Positions 11,448 through 22,674 of a stretch of 64,000 nucleotides of DNA are shown here, piece after piece. The first letter of the stretch is position 1, and each line of letters opens with the position of its first letter. The notes under the pieces were generated by a model. It was not told the origin of the DNA. It made no database searches and saw only the letters and a list, made by a program, of their open reading frames with translations. The translations under genes were made by a program, and so were the position numbers. This DNA comes from Terriglobia bacterium (GTDB taxonomy: Bacteria; Acidobacteriota; Terriglobia; JAJPHL01; JAPKYU01): NCBI GenBank assembly GCA_965223005.1, contig CBDCVK010000010.1:489322-553321 (forward strand), read 5' to 3'.

Positions 11448-11828
11448 CCATGTTAGCGGCGATGAGATGGAGTGAGCCCAAGTGATACGACCAGCAAGGG
11501 ATGACTCGATTCAACCGCTGTGCCAGGTGACACTGACGCACACCGAGTAATAAGGGGTTAGTTGGGCTTGGATGCCAGGGTCACGTCACAAAGTACGTCA
11601 CAATCGCCGGGCGCCATCACACCGCGCATGCGAGGCTTCCGGCTCGCTGGGATGCCGAGGGCCCTGATGGTACCAGCCCGAGCCGTTTCGTGGGCACCGT
11701 TTGCTATTGACCAAACCCGTCAAGGGGTTGACGGAGAGTGTCTCACCTTTAGTTGAAAGTCGAGCGGCGGTTCGCTGACCTGGTTCCGTAGAATCGGGTT
11801 GGGAAACTTTCTGGAAAGGGGAACCGCC

Positions 11829-11951
11829 GTGCAGAGAAGCTACCACATCCTAGGCCGGAGCGATAGCCGAAGCTCCCGCAAACTGGCTGCCTACCTGGCT
11901 CGCCACGGGCAGTTTCTGCTGCCCTGGGTGGAGTTGATCGAACAATCGCGG
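11829..11951 (+). pseudogene. N-terminal 41-codon fragment of the IS256-family transposase, severed by the IS1182 insertion
   Basis: GTG..QRSYHILGRSDSRSSRKLAAYLARHGQFLLPWVELIEQSR. The same frame continues as AVDELIDVVGRAAIEAVL... at 13452, on the other side of the inserted element. Confidence 0.5.
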
Positions 11952-13453
11952 TTAGCAGCCCGTGTCTAAAATCGCCAGATGGGGAAGAAACATGTTACTT
12001 CGGAAATGTTCTTACTTACAATCGGGCCATGGCCATGGGAACGCGCAAGCATCGTCAGCGACAAGAGCCGCTGTGGTATCGGGCAGAGTTGGCCGAGGCG
12101 CCCGGACACCCGTTCTACCGGCGGCTGCACCAACTGTTGGAGGAAGCCGATTTTGATCGATTCTGCGAGAGTCGGTGCCGGCAGTTCTACCACGAGCGGC
12201 TGGGCCGACCGTCGTTGCCGCCGGGGATGTACTTCCGGTTGATGCTGATCGGCTTCTTCGAGGGGATCGACAGCGAGCGAGGCATCGCCTGGCGGGTGGC
12301 CGATTCCTTGAGTTTGCGGCAGTTTTTGCAGATTGGGCTGGATGAACAGACGCCGGATCATGTGACGATCTCGCGCACGCGGCGGCTGATGGACGAGCCG
12401 ACGCACCAGGAAGTGTTTGGATGGGTGCTGCGGCTGGTGGCCGAACGGGGCCTGCTGAAGGGCAAGACGATCGGCATTGACGCCACCACGCTGGAAGCCA
12501 ACGCGGCCATGAGGTCGATCATGCGGCGGGACAGCGGGGAAAGCTATACGGAGTACCTGAAGCGGTTGGCGGAGGCCGAAGGGATCGAAGCCCAGGATGC
12601 AGCGGCGCTGCGGAGGATGGACCGCTGCCGACCGAAGAAGATGTCCAATGCGAAGTGGGTGAACCCACATGATCGGGAAGCGGAGATCACCCGGATGAAG
12701 GACGGGCGCACGGCACTGGCTTACAAGGCCGAGCATGCGGTGGACATGGAGACTGGGGCGATTGTGGCGCTGACGGCGCACGGGGGAGCGACCGGCGACA
12801 CGGAATCGGTTCAGCAGACCCTGCCGGCGGCCGGCGCGGCGGTGGGCGAGCAGATCGCGACACCCACGGCCGAAGGGGAGTTTGTGGTGAACGCAGACGG
12901 GGTGGAAGAGGTGGTGGCCGACAAGGGGTATCACAGTGGGGAAGTGCTGGCAGAGATGCAGGCGATGGAGGTGCGGACCTACATTGCGGAGCCGGAGCGG
13001 GGACGGCGGCAATGGACGGGCAAGGAAGAGCAGAAGGCGGCGGTCTACCGCAATCGGCGGCGGGTGACGGGGCAGCGAGGGAAGGCGCTGCTGCGGAAAC
13101 GTGGGGAGATGCTGGAGCGTCCGTTTGCGCACATGTATGAGACGGGCAGGATGAGACGCTTGTATGTCCGTGGGAAGATAAACGTGCAAAAGAAACTGTT
13201 GCTGCAGGCAGCAGCCTGCAACCTGGCGCTAGTTTTGCGCCAGCTGCTGGGGGCGGGAACCCCGCGAGGCCTGCAAGACCGCATCACCGAGCTGTTTTTG
13301 CTCGTTTTCTGGATCACTGCCACAAGAATGGCCCACCCCGAATCCCCCACGCCCCTATCCTGGTGCAACGGTCAAATTCACGGCTTTGCTCTTCACTTGC
13401 CCCGCCTGAAAAAGAGGCCGGCCCAAAGGCCGGTTTAGACACGGGCTGTTAGC
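11951..13453 (+). mobile_element. IS1182/IS5-superfamily insertion sequence (about 1.5 kb) nested inside the IS256-family transposase gene
   Basis: Terminal inverted repeats GTTAGCAGCCCGTGTCTAAA (11951-11970) and TTTAGACACGGGCTGTTAGC (13434-13453), 18/20 matching. It encloses a 469-aa DDE transposase. Confidence 0.75.
12029..13438 (+). CDS. IS1182-family (IS5 superfamily) DDE transposase
   Basis: 469 aa. Motifs typical of IS1182 transposases: FYRRLHQLL, GIDATTLEANAA, DKGYHSGE, ERPFAHMYETGRMRRLYVRG...NVQKKLLLQAAACNL. Confidence 0.85.
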   Translation: MAMGTRKHRQRQEPLWYRAELAEAPGHPFYRRLHQLLEEADFDRFCESRCRQFYHERLGRPSLPPGMYFRLMLIGFFEGIDSERGIAWRVADSLSLRQFLQIGLDEQTPDHVTISRTRRLMDEPTHQEVFGWVLRLVAERGLLKGKTIGIDATTLEANAAMRSIMRRDSGESYTEYLKRLAEAEGIEAQDAAALRRMDRCRPKKMSNAKWVNPHDREAEITRMKDGRTALAYKAEHAVDMETGAIVALTAHGGATGDTESVQQTLPAAGAAVGEQIATPTAEGEFVVNADGVEEVVADKGYHSGEVLAEMQAMEVRTYIAEPERGRRQWTGKEEQKAAVYRNRRRVTGQRGKALLRKRGEMLERPFAHMYETGRMRRLYVRGKINVQKKLLLQAAACNLALVLRQLLGAGTPRGLQDRITELFLLVFWITATRMAHPESPTPLSWCNGQIHGFALHLPRLKKRPAQRPV

Positions 13454-14615
13454 CGTCGACGAGCTGATCGACGTGGTGGGTAGGGCGGCGATTGAAGCGG
13501 TGCTGGAGTTGTCGGCCGCGCAGGTGGCCGGTCCACGCCGTCAGGGCCGGCGGCGCCGTGGGGTAGGCTGGTATGGGCGCCAGCGGGGACGGGTGCGCCT
13601 GAAGGAGAGAAAGCTGGCCGTGCACAGGCCACGGCTCCGGCGGCCAGGCCGGGGAGCGGGGAAAGAAGTTCCCCTCCCGGCCTACGAAGCCATGCAGGAG
13701 GGCGAGGGTCTGGGGGCCCGGATGTTGGATATCTTGCTGCGGGGCGTCTCGACCCGGCAGTACCAGCGGGTGTTGCCGGAGATGGCGGACACCGTGGGTG
13801 TGTCGCGCTCCACGGTCAGCCGGGAAACGATGGAGGCTGCCGCAGCCGAGTTAGAACGTCTGTTGAACCGCCGCTTCGAGGAAGTAGAGTTGCTGATCCT
13901 CTACATCGACGGGATGGTGTTTGGCGACCATCACGTGATTGCGGCTGTGGGCGTGGATGCGGAAGGGCACAAGCACGTGCTGGGGATTCAGGAGGGGGCT
14001 ACGGAGAACGCCGCGGCCGTCCAGGACTTGCTGGAAGGTTTAGTGCGGCGAGGGGTGCAGCCGGCCCAGAAACGGCTGTTTGTGATCGACGGCTCGAAGG
14101 CCTTGCGGGCGGCGATCCGCGCCGTGTTCGGGGCCGAGCAGCCGGTGCAGCGCTGCCGCGCCCACAAGTTGCGCAACGTCCTGGACCGGTTGCCGGAGCC
14201 AGAGCGGGACCAGGTGCGGGCGGCGATGCGGGCCGCCTGGCGGTTGGATCCGAAGACCGGCAGGGCCAAGCTGGAGAAGTTGGCCCAATGGTTGGAGCGA
14301 GATTGTCCGGCCGCGGCGGCCAGCTTGCGGGAGGGTCTGGAGGAATGTTTCACCATCAACCGGCTGGGGCTTCCGGCTTCGCTGCATCGCTGTCTGGCCA
14401 CCACCAATCTCATCGAGAGTCCGCAGGCGGGAGTGAGGTTGCGAACTCGCCGGGTGTGCCGCTGGCGGGATGCGGCCATGGTCCAGCGCTGGGTCGCCTC
14501 CAGCTTCCTGGCCACGGAGAAAAACTTCCGCCGCCTGATGGGGTACCAGGACCTGTGGATGTTGAAAGCGATCCTCGAAGGATCAAAGTCGGCCACTCGA
14601 CGGGAGGTGGCGTAG
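13452..14615 (+). CDS. IS256-family (Mutator-like) transposase, main C-terminal portion; 5' end separated by the nested IS
   Basis: VDELIDVVGRAAIEAVLELSA..RRGVGWYGRQRGRVRLKERKLAVHRPRLR...LILYIDGMVF...QRCRAHKLRNVLDRLPE, typical of IS256/Mutator transposases. The frame is open from 13410; the ORF track starts it at 13473. Confidence 0.8.
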   Translation, partial: AVDELIDVVGRAAIEAVLELSAAQVAGPRRQGRRRRGVGWYGRQRGRVRLKERKLAVHRPRLRRPGRGAGKEVPLPAYEAMQEGEGLGARMLDILLRGVSTRQYQRVLPEMADTVGVSRSTVSRETMEAAAAELERLLNRRFEEVELLILYIDGMVFGDHHVIAAVGVDAEGHKHVLGIQEGATENAAAVQDLLEGLVRRGVQPAQKRLFVIDGSKALRAAIRAVFGAEQPVQRCRAHKLRNVLDRLPEPERDQVRAAMRAAWRLDPKTGRAKLEKLAQWLERDCPAAAASLREGLEECFTINRLGLPASLHRCLATTNLIESPQAGVRLRTRRVCRWRDAAMVQRWVASSFLATEKNFRRLMGYQDLWMLKAILEGSKSATRREVA

Positions 14616-14672
14616 TATGATGGCTCCGAACCGCCGCTACGAACTTTCAACTGAGTTCAGGACACCCTCGTT

Positions 14673-14825
14673 GGCCTGGCTGGTCAACTTGGCCACTTGG
14701 CGGCGGTGCCGGCAGTCCTCCACGTCCAGCTCGTGCAATCCGTGCTGCTGCGCCAGCAAGTCCAGCGCTGTGTCGTCGGGGTCCGCAAGGTGAATCCAGG
14801 GGACGCCGGGAAACGGTTCCGCCAT
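14673..14825 (-). pseudogene. corA: N-terminal fragment (about 50 codons) of a CorA-type Mg2+/Co2+ transporter, truncated by the IS256-family insertion
   Basis: MAEPFPGVPWIHLADPDDTALDLLAQQHGLHELDVEDCRHRRQVAKLTSQAN matches the conserved CorA N-domain segment (WIxLxxPxxEE..L...FGLHxLxxED...xxQRPKxExxxN). The reading then runs into the IS terminal repeat. No GMN-motif C-terminal part is present. Confidence 0.6.
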
Positions 14826-14868
14826 GGCTAGCTCTCAATCAATGGGATTTCCAACGCCCGTAGTCTAG

Positions 14869-16208
14869 CAGGATGCTGAAAAAGTCCCTGGGCGACCTCT
14901 TACGAACAAAATATAAATGAGTATAATTGTTCTCATTATGCGAGGACACGATCTGCACCAAGACGCGATGTTCAGCTACCTGAGCCCCGAGCAACGGGTG
15001 CCCCAGGATCATCCGTTGCGGCCGATACGCCGCATGACCGACCAAGCACTGCAACGGCTTTCGCCGCGGTTCGAGCGGATGTATGCTGACATCGGTCGCC
15101 CCTCGATCGCCCCGGAGAAGCTGCTGCGGGCCTTGCTGCTGCAGGTGCTCTACACCATCCGCAGCGAACGGATGCTGCTGGAGCAACTCGATTACAACCT
15201 CCTGTTCCGGTGGTTTGTGGGACTGAACATGGATGACGCGGTGTGGGTGCCGACGGTGTTCAGCAAGAACCGGGACCGGCTGCTGGAGGGGGCCGTCGCC
15301 GAGGCATTCTTTGACGAGGTGTTGCGCGAGGCGGGCGAGCAGGAGTTGCTGTCGGAGGAGCACTTCACGGTGGACGGGACGCTGCTGGAGGCGTGGGCGA
15401 GCCAGAAGAGCTTTCAGAGGAAGGACGCGCCGGAGGGGCCGCCGCCGGAGGATCCGGGCAATCCCACGGTGGACTTCCACAAAGAGAAGCGGACCAACGA
15501 AACGCACCAGTCGACGACAGACCCGGACGCTCGGCTGGCCCGGAAGGGCAAAGGCAAGGAGGCCAAGCTGAGCTACGTCGGGCACGTGCTGATGGAGAAC
15601 CGCAACGGGCTGGTGGTGAATGTGCGGCTGACCCAGGCCACCGGCACCGCCGAGCGGGAAGCGGCCGTGGAGATGGTGGACGACATTCCGGGCCCGAAGC
15701 AGGTGACGGTGGGTGCCGACAAGAACTACGACGCCGAAGCGATGGTGCAGCAGTTGCGGGAACGGAAGGCCACGCCGCACGTGGCGCAGAACCAGGAACG
15801 GCGGCGCAGTGCCATCGACAGCCGGACCACACGGCACCCGGGTTACCAGATCAGCCAGAGAGCGCGGAAGAAGGTGGAAGAGAGTTTCGGATGGATGAAG
15901 ACGGTCGGGTTGCTGCGGAAGCTGCGGCATCGGGGCCTGGAGCGCGTCGGCTGGATCTTCACCTTTACGGCTGCCGCCTTCAACCTGGTCCGGATTCGCA
16001 ACTTGGTGATCGGGGCCGTCCCGCCGCGGGTAGTGGGCCCAGGGGCCGCCTGAGGAGGAGTGTGTCCAAAGGACGAAAAAGGGCTGGGAAAGGCAAAAGA
16101 CAAGGCCCCAAAGGGCCAATAGCGAGGTTCACTACGAACCGAACGGCTCAAAGAAAATTCCCACAGGATAAACGCTACTGAATTTTTTGGCCCTTTTTCA
16201 GCACCCTG
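14869..16208 (+). mobile_element. IS5-family insertion sequence (1340 bp) flanked by a 4-bp CTAG target-site duplication (14865-14868 and 16209-16212)
   Basis: Terminal inverted repeats CAGGATGCTGAAAAAGTCCC (14869-14888) and GGGCCCTTTTTCAGCACCCTG (16189-16208), 17/20 matching. CTAG lies directly outside both ends. It encloses a 378-aa IS5-type transposase. Confidence 0.75.
14917..16053 (+). CDS. IS5-family DDE transposase (InsH-like N-terminal domain)
   Basis: MFSYLSPEQRVPQDHPLRPIR...PEKLLRALLLQVLYTIRSERMLLEQLDYNLLFRWFVGL (DUF772/InsH N-terminus), FTVDGTLLEAWAS, GADKNYD, and a C-terminal ...FNLVRIRNL. Confidence 0.85.
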   Translation: MSIIVLIMRGHDLHQDAMFSYLSPEQRVPQDHPLRPIRRMTDQALQRLSPRFERMYADIGRPSIAPEKLLRALLLQVLYTIRSERMLLEQLDYNLLFRWFVGLNMDDAVWVPTVFSKNRDRLLEGAVAEAFFDEVLREAGEQELLSEEHFTVDGTLLEAWASQKSFQRKDAPEGPPPEDPGNPTVDFHKEKRTNETHQSTTDPDARLARKGKGKEAKLSYVGHVLMENRNGLVVNVRLTQATGTAEREAAVEMVDDIPGPKQVTVGADKNYDAEAMVQQLRERKATPHVAQNQERRRSAIDSRTTRHPGYQISQRARKKVEESFGWMKTVGLLRKLRHRGLERVGWIFTFTAAAFNLVRIRNLVIGAVPPRVVGPGAA

Positions 16209-16334
16209 CTAGTGCCGTTCCAACTTGATTTGCTAGTCACTTGGTTTGCGACAGCTAGCCAAAAAACAGCTGAAACAGCACTGGTGCAAGCCCTTCCCCG
16301 CCGTCTGCCGCTGTTTGGCCCTCGTTCCAGGCCA

Positions 16335-16349
16335 GACACCCAGGGTGTC
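16335..16349 (+). promoter_or_regulatory. Perfect palindrome GACACCC-ag-GGGTGTC upstream of gltA; candidate operator
   Basis: 7-bp inverted repeat with a 2-nt spacer, about 110 bp upstream of the citrate synthase start. Confidence 0.3.
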
Positions 16350-16458
16350 TTGTGGCGAGCCGCCCTCTGGCACAAAGCTCGATTTCCCCCGGCCGGGGTT
16401 TCCGTGCTAGATTATTGTCCTCGTTCGGACAAGAAATTCTGCTGGGAGAAGAGGTCTT

Positions 16459-17589
16459 ATGGCGGAAGCCGTTGCAAAAGCTGGTTTGGAAGGGGTGGTT
16501 GCCGCAGATTCCTCGATCTGCTACATCGATGGGGAGGCGGGCATCCTTAGCTACCGGGGCTTTAACATTCATACGCTGGCCGAAAATGCCACCTTCGAGG
16601 AAACAGCGTACCTGCTTTGGTTTGGGCGCCTGCCAAAGCCCGCCGAACTGGAGGAGCTGCAGCAAAAACTGGCCGCCGTACGGAGCTTGCCGCCGGCGGT
16701 CATGGATTTCCTCCGCGCACTGCCGCCGAAAGCGGTCCCCATGCACATGCTACGCACCGCTGTCTCCGCGCTGGGCGTCTACGACCCGGACGCGGAAGAC
16801 ATGTCGGAGCAGGCCAATGTGGCCAAGGCCATCCGGCTCACGGCCCAGATGGGCACCGTAGTTGCGGCCTTCGCGCGCCTGCGCAACGGGGAGCAGCCAG
16901 TGGATCCTGACCCGGCGCTCTCCTACGCGGCGAATTTCCTTTACATGCTGAACGGGACTCGCCCGGCTGAAGTGTCGGCCAAGACGCTGGACATCGCCTT
17001 GATCTTGCATGCCGACCACGAGTTCAACGCCTCCACCTTTGCCGGGCGAGTGACAGCGGGTACGCTGGCCGACCTGCATTCGGCGGTGACCTCAGCGCTG
17101 GGCGCGCTAAAGGGACCGCTGCATGGTGGAGCCAACCAGGCGGTGATGAAGATACTGGCGCCGCTCGGCAGCGCCGATGAGGCCGTGGCTCACGTGCGGG
17201 AGATGCTGGCCGCCAAGAAGAAGGTGCCCGGCTTCGGCCACCGCGTCTATCGAACCGAAGACCCGCGCGCCACGCACCTGCGCCGCATGTCGGAAGCTCT
17301 TGGGCGCGAGCACAACGATCCGAAGTGGTTCGAAATGTCGCGAGCCATCGAGCAGTTGGTGAACAGCGAAAAGCGGCTCAATGCCAACGTGGACTTTTAC
17401 TCAGCTTCCACCTACCACGTGCTGGGTATCCCCATTGACCTGTTCACCCCGGTGTTCGCTATGAGCCGGATCACAGGCTGGACCGCGCATTTCCTGGAGC
17501 AGTATGCCAACAATCGGCTGATCCGTCCGCGCTCGGAGTACGTCGGCCCGCCCGTGGGGCAGCCCTGGGTTCCCATCGAGCAGCGGTAG
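16459..17589 (+). CDS. gltA: Citrate synthase
   Basis: 376 aa. ..ICYIDGEAGILSYRGFNIHTLAE.., GHRVYRTEDPRA, and catalytic His/Asp regions typical of citrate synthase. Confidence 0.9.
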   Translation: MAEAVAKAGLEGVVAADSSICYIDGEAGILSYRGFNIHTLAENATFEETAYLLWFGRLPKPAELEELQQKLAAVRSLPPAVMDFLRALPPKAVPMHMLRTAVSALGVYDPDAEDMSEQANVAKAIRLTAQMGTVVAAFARLRNGEQPVDPDPALSYAANFLYMLNGTRPAEVSAKTLDIALILHADHEFNASTFAGRVTAGTLADLHSAVTSALGALKGPLHGGANQAVMKILAPLGSADEAVAHVREMLAAKKKVPGFGHRVYRTEDPRATHLRRMSEALGREHNDPKWFEMSRAIEQLVNSEKRLNANVDFYSASTYHVLGIPIDLFTPVFAMSRITGWTAHFLEQYANNRLIRPRSEYVGPPVGQPWVPIEQR

Positions 17590-18010
17590 GGCTGCAGGGG
17601 CCGAGGTTCAAAGCTCGAAGTCCAAGGCCCAGAGTCCAAAGGCCTAGAATCTAAGACTCGCTGGCGTCCCGCTACCGTCTCTTGGGTTGCGCCGACTGCC
17701 CGCTGCCTTCCATCTCCTCGACCCAGTTCAGGAAAGCCCGCAGGCGTCGTCGCTCCCGCCACAGGAACCGCCAAAATTTTCCGAACCCGATCCGCTCCGC
17801 CCTGCCGCCAGCGTAGGTTTCGATGCGCCAGCGCAGATAGGGACTGCGCCATGGCCGGAGCCGATGGCCGCGCGTGACAACCCACAGGAACCGCAGGGCG
17901 GACCGCATCCCCGGGCATTGAACCACAAAGCCACAATGGAAGGTACATGGTTCGGGCCCGAGGAGTTACTTGCAAGAAATGAGGACAGAGCCGGAAGAGA
18001 CGGCGGGGAC

Positions 18011-19051
18011 TTATCCCCCAGGGCGGCGGGCGATCGCCGACTTGGACTCGGCCGTGGCGTAGTAACCTGTTCGGGTGCGCACGAAGAGCCTGCCCTTCCC
18101 CGGCGCATGGACCTTGACCTTCACGGAGCGATAGCGGCCGTCGGCGGCCGAGTTGGAAGGCTTGTAGGTCAGCAAGTACTGGTTTCGAATGTCGTGCGCG
18201 ATCTTGGCAGCAATTCCTTCCACCTCGTCGATGTTCGCCGGGAAGAAGGCGACGCCGCCGGTGGCTTCAGAGACAGCTTCGATGGATTTGCGCGCTCGTC
18301 GGGCCGCTCGGGCGTTATCGCCGCCCAAGAGGCCGACGCTGTAAATGACCACGTCGGTTTGCTGAACGTACTTGATGAGCCGCTCCAGAGTGAAGCGGCT
18401 GGCATTGTCCTCGCCGTCGGTGATCACCAGCAGCACTCTCTTGGTCCTCTGGCCGCGACCGGTCACATGGTCGAGCGACATCCGGATGGTGTCGTAGTAG
18501 GCGGTGCCCCCGCGGGAATCGATCTTCTCCAGTCCTTCCTTCAGCTCCTCCAAATTGGAGGTGAAGTCCTTGTCCAGGAAGGCCTCGTCGTTGAAGTTGA
18601 CGATGAAGACCTCGTCATTGCGGTTGCTGGTGCGAACGAAGGTCAGTGCGGCGGCATTGACCCTGACCCGTTTGTCCCGCATGCTGCCGCTATTGTCCAC
18701 CAGGATGCCCACCGAGACCGGGATGTCCTCCCGCTTGAAGTCTTTTATCTCCTGCCTGACGTTGTTTTCCAAGACCTTGAAGTGTTCCCGGCGCAGGTCG
18801 GTCACCAGGTGCTTCTGCCTATCCAGCACAGTCGCGTGCAGGACCACCAGCTTGGTTTCCACCGCAAACCGGGGAACGCCCTTCGGCCGGGCTCGGGATG
18901 GCTTGCTTTGCGGAACCGCTCGCGCCGCGCCCGACTTCCCGCGCTGTGGCGCGGCACGCTGCGCTGGCGTGCTGCCACACCACAGTAGCGCCAGCGCCAC
19001 GAGGACCAGCGGGACAGTCCGGCGGGCGGAATGGCTACTCTGTAGGAGCAT
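18011..19051 (-). CDS. Secreted von Willebrand factor type A (VWA) domain protein
   Basis: Signal peptide, then DxSGSM MIDAS-type motif (LVDNSGSMRDKR) with ITDGEDN and a C-terminal beta-rich region. Confidence 0.75.
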   Translation of the reverse strand: MLLQSSHSARRTVPLVLVALALLWCGSTPAQRAAPQRGKSGAARAVPQSKPSRARPKGVPRFAVETKLVVLHATVLDRQKHLVTDLRREHFKVLENNVRQEIKDFKREDIPVSVGILVDNSGSMRDKRVRVNAAALTFVRTSNRNDEVFIVNFNDEAFLDKDFTSNLEELKEGLEKIDSRGGTAYYDTIRMSLDHVTGRGQRTKRVLLVITDGEDNASRFTLERLIKYVQQTDVVIYSVGLLGGDNARAARRARKSIEAVSEATGGVAFFPANIDEVEGIAAKIAHDIRNQYLLTYKPSNSAADGRYRSVKVKVHAPGKGRLFVRTRTGYYATAESKSAIARRPGG

Positions 19052-20033
19052 AGTAACCCGTCTTGGCGTACACGTGCAGCGGGGGAAGGCCGCGCGGCGG
19101 ATTCAGTTTCACCTTGATCTTCCGCCACTTGCCGTCCTTGTCCCTATTGGCGGAGACGTAACCGAGCACGTACTGGTTGCGCAGCTCCAAGCCGATCTTG
19201 GCGGCCACATCGGGCAGAGCATTCAGGTTGTTCACAGAGAACTGCCGGCCGCCGGTCGACTCGGCTAGACCCGTCAGCAGGCCGGGCCCGGCCATTTCTT
19301 CCGGCGTGCCACGCGCACTGTAAGGGTTGTAAATGCCGATGGCGTAGATCTGCACGTCGGCTTCCCGAACCAGCGACTTGATTTCGTTCTGGCTGTAGCG
19401 GCTGTTATTGTCTCCGCCATCGGAGATAATCAGCGTCGCCTTCTTCCGATGAACGCCATGGCGCATGTGGTTCAGCGCCATGTAGATGGCGTCCAGCAAC
19501 GCGGTCCGTCCCTTAGCCGCGGTAAAAACCAGCCGGTCCTGGATGTCCTCGATGCGGCGGGTGAAATCCGACACCAGCCGTGGCCGGTCGTTGAAGTCCA
19601 CCAGGAAGAATTCATCCTGAGGGTTCGCCGACCTGAAAAATTCCAGCGCCGCCATGCGTGACTTGCGCATCTTGTTCGACATGCTGCCGCTGGCATCGAA
19701 CACCAGCCCCAACGAAATGGGCACGTCCTCACTGCTGAAATACAACACCTCCTGCTCCTGCTTGTCCTCAAACACTCGGAAGTGCTCTTTTTCCAGGCCG
19801 GTCACCAGCCGGTTGAGCGGGTCGGTGACCGTTACGGTCACCAGCACCACGTTGACGTCCACCTGAATGGGGCGCTGGCGCGTTTTCAGTGTCTTGCGGG
19901 ACTGTCGGGTCTTGGAAGGCTGGGCGGGCGATTTGGCCAGATCGTCGGCCGACAGCAGCCAGCCCGCACAGGTGAGCGCGAACAGTAAGAGGGGAAGTGT
20001 GAAAAGCGCGCGCTGTAGCTTGCCCAATCTCAT
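19035..20033 (-). CDS. Secreted VWA domain protein, tandem paralogue of the preceding gene
   Basis: Same architecture (LVFDASGSMSNK, IISDGGDNNSRY, ...TGYYAPTE), overlapping the downstream paralogue by 17 nt. Confidence 0.75.
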   Translation of the reverse strand: MRLGKLQRALFTLPLLLFALTCAGWLLSADDLAKSPAQPSKTRQSRKTLKTRQRPIQVDVNVVLVTVTVTDPLNRLVTGLEKEHFRVFEDKQEQEVLYFSSEDVPISLGLVFDASGSMSNKMRKSRMAALEFFRSANPQDEFFLVDFNDRPRLVSDFTRRIEDIQDRLVFTAAKGRTALLDAIYMALNHMRHGVHRKKATLIISDGGDNNSRYSQNEIKSLVREADVQIYAIGIYNPYSARGTPEEMAGPGLLTGLAESTGGRQFSVNNLNALPDVAAKIGLELRNQYVLGYVSANRDKDGKWRKIKVKLNPPRGLPPLHVYAKTGYYAPTE

Positions 20034-20179
20034 GACTTGCTTAGCGCCGGTGCGTGTTGTCTCCGGCCTCCCTGTAGACCGCCTCTGACTTTATATTATC
20101 ACGGCCATGCAAGCCTGTGCTAAACTAGCCGGTACTCACTTCCCAGGGCCGACTCCATTCTGATTCGGGTTGGAACCGA

Positions 20180-22649
<2,470 letters not shown>

Positions 22650-22674
22650 CCCGGGCATCGAGAATCCCACGCCG

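Larger units (their letters stand above)
11731..14672 (+). mobile_element. IS256-family insertion sequence (about 1.45 kb of own sequence) interrupted by a nested IS1182-family element; inserted into corA
   Basis: Imperfect ~40-bp terminal inverted repeats: ggagagtgtctcacctttAGTTGAAAGTCGAGCGGCGGTTCG at 11733-11775 and its reverse-complement counterpart at 14626-14670. A Mutator-like transposase is split across the inserted element. Confidence 0.6.

Noticed and set aside
11394-11760. Possible tmRNA (ssrA), because of a tRNA-like 3' end with CCA
   Set aside because: No 5' acceptor strand complementary to CGGCCCG. No GGAUUCGAC-like 5' motif or tag-peptide reading frame within 400 nt. Interpreted as an orphan tRNA 3' fragment.
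11966-13189. 407-aa minus-strand ORF
   Set aside because: Antisense to the IS1182-family transposase, which has clear DDE-transposase motifs. Pro/Arg/His-rich artefact.
14839-16119. 426-aa minus-strand ORF
   Set aside because: Antisense to the IS5-family transposase; low-complexity artefact.
17672-17926. 84-aa minus-strand ORF between gltA and the VWA genes
   Set aside because: Arg/Trp-rich, no motif, in a region of short GTCCAAGGCC-type direct repeats. Insufficient evidence.
17687-18988. 433-aa plus-strand ORF
   Set aside because: It is antisense to the well-supported VWA gene (18011-19051). Its composition (Pro/Arg/Gly/His-rich, no motifs) is typical of a high-G+C antisense artefact.
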